From an uncultured Chthonomonas sp. (lineage in GTDB: Bacteria; Armatimonadota; Chthonomonadetes; Chthonomonadales; CAJBBX01), in NCBI GenBank assembly GCA_903951425.1, contig CAJBBX010000063.1, positions 17,051-81,050 on the forward strand: a stretch of 64,000 bases of DNA, given 5' to 3'. The notes below the pieces were generated by a model. That model had not been told where the DNA came from. It saw nothing but the letters and a program-made list of their open reading frames with translations, and searched no databases. This document shows, piece after piece, positions 53,399-62,665 of the stretch (its first letter is position 1; every line of letters begins with the position of its first letter). The position numbers and the translations under genes are program-made.

Positions 53399-55879
53399 AT
53401 GGGGTTCCAGACGACGCGGCGGCGGATCGTTGGGCTGATTGCCCTTGCCCTGGCCACAACCACCGCGCAGGCGGGGCCGCTACCGGGTGACGCTCAGGTG
53501 ACGGCGAAGGGGCTGGCCATCGTCGGACGCCAGAAGGGGGTCTGGACGGCGCCTCCGCTCGTCATGCCCACGCGCAAGGTGCCGGACGGGCCGCTGCTGG
53601 GTAATGGCGATGTGGGGGTGGCCGTCGGCGGCGTGGTGGAGCGGCGGCGGTACTTCGGTCTGGGCGAGGCCGGCGGCGCCAACGTCAACGTGAAGCCGGT
53701 TGATGCGAACGCCTCGCCCGAGCGACACCGGTTCTGGATCGCCAAGAACGACTTCTGGAAGTCCAAGTCGGTCTACCCGAACGCACACCCCTGCCCCATC
53801 GGCGGCATCGACGTCAGCATCCCGGCGCTGGTCAACGGCACGTACCACGCCGAGCAACTCCTGGCGACCGGTGAGGCGGTCCACACGCTGCGGGCCACCC
53901 AGCGCATGGAGGATCCCCCGCCCTTCACCCGCCCCGGCACGACCGTCAGGATGCGCTCGTGGGTATCCGCGACCGAGAACCTGCTCATCATCGAGCTATC
54001 GGTGGACGGCGACCCCGGCGACCTGGACCCCTTCTCGCCCACGAACCTGGTCGGAGTGGATGTCTCGCTCTGGCCCGCGACGGGCAACGAGGCTGAGACG
54101 GCCACCGGCAACCTGCCGGACGGGACGTGGGCGGTGCGTCGCTTCGTCTCCACTACCTCCTCCATCGCGCTGGAACAGAAGCCGTCGCGCTGGACCAGCG
54201 AGGCCGCGGTGGCCATGCGCCTGCTGAACCACCGCAAGCCGGGGTTGCCCTGGAGCCGGGGCGACGGCTGGCCCGCCGACCGCTTCGTCCTCTCGCCGGC
54301 GCAACCCATCACCATCGCCGCATCCATCGTGACCAGCGAGGAGGCGAAGAACCCGCTGGCTGAGGCCAAGCGCCGGGTGGCGGCGCTCGACCCGGTCCGC
54401 ATCGCCTCCCTGCGGCAGGCACACGAGCGCTGGTGGCAGGAGTTCTGGTCGAAGTCCTACGTCGAGGTTGGCGACCCGCTGGTCGAGCGCTTCTACTACG
54501 GCTCGCTCTACCTCATGGCCTCGTGCAGCCGGAACAACCGGTTCCCTCCCTCGCTCTTCGGCAACTGGACCACGGCCGACGGGCCATCGTGGCAGGCCGA
54601 CTACCACCTGAACTACAACCACCAGGCGCCCTGGTGGGGCGTCTTCTCGGCCAACCATGCGGAGCTGGCCGACCCCTACGATACGCCCATCCTGGAGTAC
54701 CTGCCCACAGCCCGCGCCAACGCCCGCAAGTACCTGAAAGCGCCGGGGGTCTACTACGACGTGGGCATCGGGCCGAAGGGGCTCGAGACAGCCTTCATGC
54801 CGGACGGGCACTCCATCCCCGGCGAGGGCAACCGCATGTTCCTGGGCCAGAAGAGCAACGCGGCCTTCGCGGCGGCCAACATGCTGATGCGCTTCTACCA
54901 CACGTACGACGCGGCCTACGCCCGGCGGGTCTACCCGTTCCTCAGCGAGACGGCCGCGTTCTGGGAGGCCTACCTGAAGCTGGAGGACGGACGCTACGTC
55001 ATCACCAACGACGCGTCCGGCGAGGTGGGCGACGGCGGCAGCGACAAGAACAACTGCCTCTCGCTGGGCCTGGTTCGGATGCTCCTGCGCGGCATGCTGG
55101 ACGTGAGCGCGGAACTGGGAGTGGACGAGGCGCGGAGGCCACGGTGGCGCCGACTCCTGGCCGGCCTAAGCGACTTCCCCACTGCGGTCGTCGACGGCGT
55201 CCGGCGCATCCGAGGGGCCGACGGCGGGCCCTCGGCGTCGCGCGTCGGGCCGGGCCGCAACAACACGCGCATCGAGTTCATGGGGATGGTCTGGCCCTCG
55301 TGCGTCATCGGCCTGGGCTCGGACCCCGAGATGCTCAAGGTGATGCGCGACGACGTGAAGGGATGGGCAGAGCCCGAGTGGATCGGTCACTTCAACGGCT
55401 TCAGCATGACCTATCCCGGCGCGGTCCGAGTGGGCCACGACCCCGAGGACGTCCTGGCAAAGCTGCGCCGGAACCTCACCGAGTGGAGCTTCCCCAACCT
55501 GATGATCTTCAGCGGCGGTGGCGGCATCGAGAACTGCGCCGGCGTACCCTCCACGATCAACGAGATGCTCCTGCAGAGCCACGAAGGGGTCATGCGCCTC
55601 TTCCCGGTCTGGCCCAGGAACCGCGACGCCTCCTTCGGCCGCCTGCGAACCGTGGGCGCCGTCCTGGTGAGCGCCGAACTGCGCCAGGGAGAGGTGACCT
55701 CACTGGTGATCGAGAGCGAGAAGGGCCGCGAGTGCGTCCTGCAGAACCCCTGGCCGGGCAGGGCGGTCAGGTTGAGCCGCAATGGCCGCCCATCCGAGAC
55801 TCTCACCGGCAACCCCCTGCGCATCCGGACGGCTGCAGGGGAGCGCTTAGCCATCACCCCTGAGGATGGAGCGAGGTGA
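53399..55879 (+). CDS. GH95-like (alpha/alpha)6 glycoside hydrolase, Tat-type signal
   Basis: Trimmed to the ATG at 53399, with GAGGAGG 8 nt upstream. The twin-arginine signal is MGFQTTRRRIVGLIALALATTTAQA. PLLGNGDVGVAVGG matches the GH95 N-terminal motif. LFGNWTTADGPSWQADYHLNYNHQAPWW matches LQGIWN..PPW.S.Y..NIN.QMNYW. Confidence 0.75.
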   Translation: MGFQTTRRRIVGLIALALATTTAQAGPLPGDAQVTAKGLAIVGRQKGVWTAPPLVMPTRKVPDGPLLGNGDVGVAVGGVVERRRYFGLGEAGGANVNVKPVDANASPERHRFWIAKNDFWKSKSVYPNAHPCPIGGIDVSIPALVNGTYHAEQLLATGEAVHTLRATQRMEDPPPFTRPGTTVRMRSWVSATENLLIIELSVDGDPGDLDPFSPTNLVGVDVSLWPATGNEAETATGNLPDGTWAVRRFVSTTSSIALEQKPSRWTSEAAVAMRLLNHRKPGLPWSRGDGWPADRFVLSPAQPITIAASIVTSEEAKNPLAEAKRRVAALDPVRIASLRQAHERWWQEFWSKSYVEVGDPLVERFYYGSLYLMASCSRNNRFPPSLFGNWTTADGPSWQADYHLNYNHQAPWWGVFSANHAELADPYDTPILEYLPTARANARKYLKAPGVYYDVGIGPKGLETAFMPDGHSIPGEGNRMFLGQKSNAAFAAANMLMRFYHTYDAAYARRVYPFLSETAAFWEAYLKLEDGRYVITNDASGEVGDGGSDKNNCLSLGLVRMLLRGMLDVSAELGVDEARRPRWRRLLAGLSDFPTAVVDGVRRIRGADGGPSASRVGPGRNNTRIEFMGMVWPSCVIGLGSDPEMLKVMRDDVKGWAEPEWIGHFNGFSMTYPGAVRVGHDPEDVLAKLRRNLTEWSFPNLMIFSGGGGIENCAGVPSTINEMLLQSHEGVMRLFPVWPRNRDASFGRLRTVGAVLVSAELRQGEVTSLVIESEKGRECVLQNPWPGRAVRLSRNGRPSETLTGNPLRIRTAAGERLAITPEDGAR

Positions 55880-55964
55880 GGTAGCCGACGCCATGGCCTA
55901 AGCAGGACTCGCGCCGACAACACCGAACCTCTTGACATCTCGCGCCTTCCTGAGGGACCCGCAT

Positions 55965-58900
55965 ATGACCGTCGCGCTTGCACTCCTCGTGAGCTCCGCC
56001 CTGCTGCTTGCGGCCGGAACCGGGGCCTCCGCCGCACCGGACGCGCCCTTGAGCCCGCACCAGCTACCCGCCATGCCGGCCGGCCTGCACCTGCAGAGCT
56101 ACGATGACTGCGGCGTGCCGGGCCGGCAACCGCACATCCGGGAGGCCGGCATCCACACCTATGCCCCGGGCTCGTGCAATGGCGGCGAGCGCGCCCTGAG
56201 CATCTCCTGGGCGTGGGACGTCATCCATGCCGACTACACAGGACTCAGCGCCGACCGGCCGTATGCGGTCGCCGTGACGTACGCCAACGAGACCTTCAAC
56301 GGGCGGGTCCAGAGCCTCTGGGCGGGCGGCGTCTGCCTTCACCCGGCGCATCCCCTGCCCAGGGGCGGCGCCGAGCGGCTCATGTTCGCGGTTCCGCAAG
56401 GAGCGATCCGGGACGGCAAGCTGACGCTGGAGTTCAGGCTGGAGGGCCCGGTCAACGTCGTGGTCTCGGCGGTTGAGCTATGGTCGGACGAGCCCTCGCC
56501 GGACGGCTTCCGGCTGGTGGACCTCTCGGCGCTGGCGGGCCCGCTCACCGGTCGTCTGCTGGACCTCGCCTGGTCGGGTGTTCCACAGGTGCGCATCGGC
56601 ATAGCGACCGAGGCCGGCGAACTGGCCCACGTCACGACCGACGCCAACGGGACCTTCCGGGTGGCCCGCAACAGGTTCGAGGCGGCAGCACGCACGAACG
56701 GGCTCGACGTGGCTGCCGAAGCCGCGCCAGGCCTCCGCGTGACGGCGCATGTGGCGCCCAGCGAGATCTACTACGAGCCGATCCGGTACCGCCCGCTACC
56801 CGCGTCGGTGCTTGGCGACGTCGCGCCGTGGCGCAGCCTGAACGGGTCCTGGCTCGTCTCGACGGAGGTCGCGGACGCCCGCGCCAGGGCAACCAACGAT
56901 CCCGGCTGGAAGCCCTTCCGCGTGCCGGGCCAGTGGGTGCAGCAGGGCATCGACGTGGCTGCCGACAAGCATGTGGCGATGGCCCGGGAGTTCGAGGTCC
57001 CTGCGGCATGGCGGGGCCGAAGGGTGATCCTGCGCTTCGATGCCATCCACGCCGGCGTTCGGTACTGGATGAACGGCAAGGAGCTCGGGTACTCAGAGTG
57101 CCTCTATACACCTGTGGAGTGGGACGTGACCGACACGGTGCGGTTCGGAGCCGCCAACAGGCTGGACCTGGACATGGTGCAGGAGACGGAGTCCGAGGCG
57201 CTCTCCTTCTCCAGCGGCTACGCCTTCCACAGCCTGGCCGGCATCGACCGGTCCGTCCGCATCTTCTCGCTGCCTCAGACGCACGTCCGCACGCTCTGGA
57301 TCGATGCGGAGCTCGACAGCTCGTACCGCGACGGCGAACTCGGCATCAAGCTGAATGTGGTCGGCGTTGCCCTCCTTCCGAACGCGAGGCTGCGGGTCTC
57401 CCTGGCTGAGGCATCCGGCGCCCGGCCGAGGACCATGGTCGATCGGCCGCTGCGGGAGTGCGTTGCCGCCGATGGTTCCGGCAAGCTTAGCATCGGGATC
57501 GCCTCACCCAGGCGGTGGACGGCCGAGACGCCCGACCTCTACCGTCTGGACATCGACATCACGGATGGGCGCGCGATAGTGGAGCGCGTCCGGCGTTCGA
57601 TCGGATTCAGGCGGGTCGAGGTGAAGGGGAGCAAGCTGCTCATCAATGGCGTTCCCGTGAAGCTGGCCGGCGCGTGCCACCACGAGACACACCCGCTGAC
57701 CGGACGCGCGGATACCGCCCGGTTCGCCGGGACCGACGTGGCGCTCCTCCGCGACGCCGGGCTTAACTACCTGCGCACCTCGCACTACCCGCCCAACACC
57801 GAACTGCTGGAGCAGACCGACAGGCAGGGCGTCTACGTGGAGGTGGAGGCCCCGTTCTGCTGGGTAGGCGAGGAGGGCGGCTTCGGCAAGCTCCGCAAGT
57901 ACCTGGACCCCACGTCGGCCATGGTGGACTACCACGGGCACCATCCAAGCGTCATCGTCTGGTCGGTGGCCAACGAGAGCGCCTTCAACGCATGCTTCGA
58001 GCAATCGGCCAAGCTGATCAAAGAACTCGACCGCAGCCGCGCCACCACGTTCAACAACCCGGACCCGAAGCGCATCTGCGACATCGCCAACGTCCACTAC
58101 CCGCTCATGCCCTTCGACGATGTGACCAAGGACGATCCGAGGCCGCTCTTCCTGGGAGAGTGGTACTTCCCGGTCTGCCACGAGCAGACCGATGTGCGGC
58201 TGAACCCCGGCCTGCGGGAGCTATGGGGCGCCGGCCAATCCGACCCCGAGAGCCCACATGGCAGGGCCTGCGCCGCCGAGTACGGTAAGCCCTTCATGCA
58301 GCCCGGAGAGCCGCCGGGGGCATGGACCAGCATCGTCCGCTCCGAGCGCGTCCTGGGCGGGGCCATCTGGGCGCAGTTGGACGAGCCCTACTTCCTGCCC
58401 GGCGGAAAGCAGGCGGGCTACGCGTGGGTCCACGGTTTCTGGGGCATCACCGATGCGTGGCGCCGGCCCAAACCCGAGCAGTGGCTCTCCAAGCTCATCT
58501 TCAGCCCAGTCTGGTTCCCCAAGCGGAGGCTGGAGTGGTCGCCGGCTATGCGCACCGTCGAACTGCCGGTGGAGAACCGGTACTCGTTCACCAACCTGCG
58601 CGGCCTGACGTTTGAGTGGGCCCTGGGCTCGGCGCAAGGCGTGGCGAGGACCACGGCCGGGCCCGGACAGACCGGCATGTTGGCCATCCCGGTGCCGGGA
58701 GCCATCGCGCAGGGCAGCCGCCTGGAGGTTCGGGCCAAGGACGCACGAGGCAGCCTGGTCAGCGCCTGCGTCGCCACGGTCGGAAGCCGCCGGCCGCCCG
58801 CGCTGCCCTCCCTGAGCGGCGCACCGCCCCGTGTGTGCCGTGCCGGCGGCGTCTGGACGATCGCCGGGCGCGGCTACGCGCTGAACATCGAGGGCGAGAC

Positions 58901-59627
58901 CGGGGCGGTGACGGGGTCCGGATCGGCGTCCGCCATCCGGTCGCTGCCGATGCCTCATCTGACGCGGTTCGACTTCGGCGACCTCCGAGGTCCCAACTCG
59001 CCGCCCTACGCCGTCTTCCCCACGGCGGGATCACGGGTGATCGAGTCGCTGACGGTCGAGGTGAATGGCTCCGGCGCCGAAGTCCGCGTACAGGACCGCT
59101 GGGACCGGATGCGCGGTGTCACGACATGGCGCCTGAGCTCCGCCGGCCTCGGCGAGGTGGCCTGGGACTACGAGGTCACCGGCGACGCCATCGATGCGCG
59201 CGAGGAGGGCATGCGGGTCCTTCTGGCGCCCGAGTGCCGCAAGCTGAGCTGGCGGCGCGAGAGCGAATGGGGCGTCTACCCCAAGGAGAGCATCAGCCGA
59301 GAGGCGGGTTCCGCCGTCGCCGCCCGCGGCCCCAAGGCGGGTACGCCTCTGCGCGAGCAGCCCACATGGACCTGGGCCAGAGACGAGACGGAGCAGGGCT
59401 CCGCCGACTTCCGGTCGGTGAAGCTCAACGTGACCCGCGCCGCCGTCAGCGGCCCCGCAGGCGGGCTTCGTGTAGTCGCTGCGGCCGACCGGCACGTGCG
59501 GACGGCCCTGGCGCCCGAGGGCACGTGGCTCCATGTGCTGACCAGGTGCGCCATAGGGCCGAGGACGCTGACGAGCGGAGACCGGCTGCACGGCACGGCT
59601 CTGCTGGAGTTGGCCGGGCGCCGGTGA
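55965..59627 (+). CDS. GH2 glycoside hydrolase (beta-galactosidase-like) with about 300-aa N-terminal and about 400-aa C-terminal extensions
   Basis: Trimmed to the ATG at 55965 (MTVALALLVSSALLLAAGTGASA). The sugar-binding domain has ILRFDAIHAGVRYWMNGKELGY. The TIM barrel has LNYLRTSHYPP, VIVWSVANES (acid/base) and FLGEWY (nucleophile region). Confidence 0.85.
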   Translation: MTVALALLVSSALLLAAGTGASAAPDAPLSPHQLPAMPAGLHLQSYDDCGVPGRQPHIREAGIHTYAPGSCNGGERALSISWAWDVIHADYTGLSADRPYAVAVTYANETFNGRVQSLWAGGVCLHPAHPLPRGGAERLMFAVPQGAIRDGKLTLEFRLEGPVNVVVSAVELWSDEPSPDGFRLVDLSALAGPLTGRLLDLAWSGVPQVRIGIATEAGELAHVTTDANGTFRVARNRFEAAARTNGLDVAAEAAPGLRVTAHVAPSEIYYEPIRYRPLPASVLGDVAPWRSLNGSWLVSTEVADARARATNDPGWKPFRVPGQWVQQGIDVAADKHVAMAREFEVPAAWRGRRVILRFDAIHAGVRYWMNGKELGYSECLYTPVEWDVTDTVRFGAANRLDLDMVQETESEALSFSSGYAFHSLAGIDRSVRIFSLPQTHVRTLWIDAELDSSYRDGELGIKLNVVGVALLPNARLRVSLAEASGARPRTMVDRPLRECVAADGSGKLSIGIASPRRWTAETPDLYRLDIDITDGRAIVERVRRSIGFRRVEVKGSKLLINGVPVKLAGACHHETHPLTGRADTARFAGTDVALLRDAGLNYLRTSHYPPNTELLEQTDRQGVYVEVEAPFCWVGEEGGFGKLRKYLDPTSAMVDYHGHHPSVIVWSVANESAFNACFEQSAKLIKELDRSRATTFNNPDPKRICDIANVHYPLMPFDDVTKDDPRPLFLGEWYFPVCHEQTDVRLNPGLRELWGAGQSDPESPHGRACAAEYGKPFMQPGEPPGAWTSIVRSERVLGGAIWAQLDEPYFLPGGKQAGYAWVHGFWGITDAWRRPKPEQWLSKLIFSPVWFPKRRLEWSPAMRTVELPVENRYSFTNLRGLTFEWALGSAQGVARTTAGPGQTGMLAIPVPGAIAQGSRLEVRAKDARGSLVSACVATVGSRRPPALPSLSGAPPRVCRAGGVWTIAGRGYALNIEGETGAVTGSGSASAIRSLPMPHLTRFDFGDLRGPNSPPYAVFPTAGSRVIESLTVEVNGSGAEVRVQDRWDRMRGVTTWRLSSAGLGEVAWDYEVTGDAIDAREEGMRVLLAPECRKLSWRRESEWGVYPKESISREAGSAVAARGPKAGTPLREQPTWTWARDETEQGSADFRSVKLNVTRAAVSGPAGGLRVVAAADRHVRTALAPEGTWLHVLTRCAIGPRTLTSGDRLHGTALLELAGRR

Positions 59628-59676
59628 GCCCTAGCCGGTTTCTACGTACCGCCGCCAGACCGCCACGGAGGATGAA

Positions 59677-62601
59677 ATGCCACGTTACCCGATCACCTGG
59701 ATAGTGCGAGCCGGCCTGTGCTCGCTCCTGGCCGTATCGTGCCGCGCGCCGGCTCAGATGGTCACTGGAAGCGGCATGGACGGCTTCGCGTCCGCATTCG
59801 GCCTGTCGGGCAAGGACGTGGTGGTTCAGGAGACATCGTTCCAGGTGGCAGGTAAGCCTGCGGCGAACGTCCTGTGGCCGGGAGAAACTGCAACCGTTAC
59901 GTTCCATGTGAAGGCAGCCGGCGGCTACAAGGGGCGGGCACGGTTCGACGTCATCCAGTACGGCACTCGCGCCATTGCCGGCGATATGTGGAAGCCGCAG
60001 GTGTTCAAGATCGCCGATACGAGCTCGACCACGGTCGACGTCAACCTGCCTGCGCAGGGCGGCTTTGTGACGGTCCGGCCGAAGATCGGCGCTCGTTTCG
60101 GCGGCTATGCCGTCGTGCTGGATCTGCCCGGCAAGGGCCGGTTCTTCTGCGCTACCTGCTGCCGGACCGTGGCGGCCGAGCCGGGCCGGGTCTTCATGCC
60201 CACCTTCGCCATGGACCTCGGCTGGCCGGGGGAGATGTCGCCCCAGGTCTTCAACGCGTTCAAGAAGATGGGCATCAAGGGCGCCCGCGTCGAGGTCGGC
60301 TACAACACCATCGCCGACGCCCACACGGACTGGGCGCTCGCGAACGACATTACGCTGATGTTCACCGTGGGAGCCGGTGGAACGCCGGCGGAGTGGATGC
60401 CCATGGGCCGCGGGCGGCCGTGGCTGAACGCCGACGGCAGCATGCGAAACGGGGAGAAGGAGGACCTGGCCTGGACGCCCGAGCATGACCCGCAGTTCAA
60501 GGCGTACCTGAAGGACGCGCTGATCAAGCACGGTTGGCCCAGGGGACCGGTCAACGCCGTCGAGCTGTGGAACGAGCCGTGGGAGGGCGTCTCCATCTCC
60601 GGCTGGGGCGCCGACTGCCTGCGTTTCCGTGAGATATACCGGGTCATGGCTGAGGCGGTCCTCGAGGCGCGCCGCGAGGCCGGGGTCAAGGTGATGGTCG
60701 GCGGGGCATGCTCGTCCACCAACACGCGGGACAAGCTCTTCTGCGACGGCACCGACGAGTTCCTGCCGCTACTGGACTTCGTCAGCATCCACTATCAGCC
60801 GCTCGCCGCCGACCCGGCTCTGGTCCGCAAGTGGATGGACAGGAAGGGCGCGTACGGCCGTGTCCGCGTCTGGGATACCGAAAGCTGGGTGGGCAACAGC
60901 GACGACCGAGTGGCCGCCGTGATCGCATCGATGCGCGCCATGGGGCAGGACCGGACTGCGGGCATCTACTACGGCAACGTGGACACGTCCGAGAAGCCGC
61001 GCATCGACGGCAAGGAGTACGCCGTCTGCCAGGTCTGGGCGCCGGGCGCGGCGATCGCGGCGGCCAATCGCATGATCGGCCAGCGCGCGTTCAAGGAGGT
61101 CCTGTTCAAAAACGGGCTTCCGTGGGTCTTCTCGTTCGCGGGGCTTCCGCGCAAGGTCGGCGGCGCGCGCACGGGGCCCATCGACCCAGACGACGGAACG
61201 CTGGTGGTCGTCGGCGACCTGCGGCAGACCTACGAGCGGAACCGCTGCCTCTTCCGGTCTGTGGCCGTCCGGGCCGATGCGAACATGGTGATCGCCGACG
61301 GCGGCGGGTTGTTCGTACTCCATGACTTCTACGGCAACCCGGTCCCCTCGTCGGGCGGCAGGATCACGGTGCCGCTGAACGGGCGGGGCACCTTCCTTCG
61401 GTCAGACGGAAGCCCCGGCTCCTTCGCCAAGCTGGTCTCGGCAGTGCGATCCGCCGTCATCAAGGGCATCGATCCCGTCGAGATCGTCGCATGGGATATG
61501 ACAGCGCCCGTTGGCGCTCGCCCCTCGGTTCGGGTGAAGCTGACCAACGTCCTGAACCGCCCCATCACCGGCAGGCTGTCCGGCCGAATGGAGGGCCTGA
61601 ACCTGGCAGGAGCGCAGCAGGCCGTACGCTTGGCGGCGAACGAGAGCCGGGAGTTCGCCTTCACGATCACGGGCGGAGCCGCACGCGACGACAACACCTA
61701 CCCGCTGGTCGCCACGTTTGAGGGGCCCGCGGGCCGGGTCGAGCATGCCGAGAAGATGCACGTGAACTACATATCGCGGCGCACCATCGCCGTGGACGGC
61801 CGGCTGGACGACTGGAAGGGCGCCATACCGCAGACGTGCGCGCAGGCCGTGGGCGCCAGTGTCAGCGAGCAGGCCTACCTGCCGTTCCGCGACTGGAGCA
61901 AGCAGGTCAGCGCCGCCCCGATCGAAGCCTATGTCGGCTTCGACGACCGGTATCTCTACTTCGCCGCCAGGGCGCCCGCCGTCGCCGAGACCATCCGCTA
62001 CGCGACGCGTGACGACGACAGCTTTTTCTACCCGGAGAAGGCCACCGATGCCGGCAAGGAGCGGACCTGGCCTTCGGGCGTCCGCCGGTTCTCATACCGC
62101 AAGGACCCGGATATCCCCTCCGGGCACAACCTGCAGATTGCGCTCAATGTCATCCCGGAGGATCGGAAGCCCGACATGCTTCCCTACCCGGCAGGCACCA
62201 TGCCCCGCTTCTGCGCATACCAGGACACGGACTACGAGTTCGCGCTGAACAAGTGCAAGGACGGCGGCACGGAGGTCTTCTGCCTTGCCCGCGTCGGCGC
62301 GCCGCGAAAACACTTCTACCCGCGCCAACCCAGGGCGCCGGTCGACGGCGGGCCCGTTGCGGGCGCCAGGTTGGTGTTCGACGGAACGACGCTGGAGTGC
62401 GCCATTCCGCTGGACACCATGCCCGAGGTCGCCGCCAGGCTCAGGTCAGGGCGCACGATTAAGTTCACGTTTCGGAGCAACGAAGGGGGCGCGATGGAGC
62501 TTGCGGCGGGCAGGAGCGTCTCGAAGGACAACCCTCTCACCTTCCACGCCGACTGGACGACCCACTGGGCCAACGAGTTGGAGTTCGGCGTAGATAAGTG
62601 A
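59677..62601 (+). CDS. Secreted clan GH-A-like TIM-barrel protein of unassigned family with C-terminal CBM9/DOMON-like domain
   Basis: GGAGG lies 6 nt upstream, and a signal peptide is present. The candidate acid/base is VELWNEPWEG and the candidate nucleophile is VRVWDTESWVG, about 105 aa apart. The C-terminal block is IAVDGRLDDWKGA...FDDRYLYFAA. Confidence 0.8.
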   Translation: MPRYPITWIVRAGLCSLLAVSCRAPAQMVTGSGMDGFASAFGLSGKDVVVQETSFQVAGKPAANVLWPGETATVTFHVKAAGGYKGRARFDVIQYGTRAIAGDMWKPQVFKIADTSSTTVDVNLPAQGGFVTVRPKIGARFGGYAVVLDLPGKGRFFCATCCRTVAAEPGRVFMPTFAMDLGWPGEMSPQVFNAFKKMGIKGARVEVGYNTIADAHTDWALANDITLMFTVGAGGTPAEWMPMGRGRPWLNADGSMRNGEKEDLAWTPEHDPQFKAYLKDALIKHGWPRGPVNAVELWNEPWEGVSISGWGADCLRFREIYRVMAEAVLEARREAGVKVMVGGACSSTNTRDKLFCDGTDEFLPLLDFVSIHYQPLAADPALVRKWMDRKGAYGRVRVWDTESWVGNSDDRVAAVIASMRAMGQDRTAGIYYGNVDTSEKPRIDGKEYAVCQVWAPGAAIAAANRMIGQRAFKEVLFKNGLPWVFSFAGLPRKVGGARTGPIDPDDGTLVVVGDLRQTYERNRCLFRSVAVRADANMVIADGGGLFVLHDFYGNPVPSSGGRITVPLNGRGTFLRSDGSPGSFAKLVSAVRSAVIKGIDPVEIVAWDMTAPVGARPSVRVKLTNVLNRPITGRLSGRMEGLNLAGAQQAVRLAANESREFAFTITGGAARDDNTYPLVATFEGPAGRVEHAEKMHVNYISRRTIAVDGRLDDWKGAIPQTCAQAVGASVSEQAYLPFRDWSKQVSAAPIEAYVGFDDRYLYFAARAPAVAETIRYATRDDDSFFYPEKATDAGKERTWPSGVRRFSYRKDPDIPSGHNLQIALNVIPEDRKPDMLPYPAGTMPRFCAYQDTDYEFALNKCKDGGTEVFCLARVGAPRKHFYPRQPRAPVDGGPVAGARLVFDGTTLECAIPLDTMPEVAARLRSGRTIKFTFRSNEGGAMELAAGRSVSKDNPLTFHADWTTHWANELEFGVDK

Positions 62602-62665
62602 CGGCAACGGCCGGCGGCGAGATCAGCCGTCGGACTTGCCGCACGTCGATCGAGGAGTCATCCGC

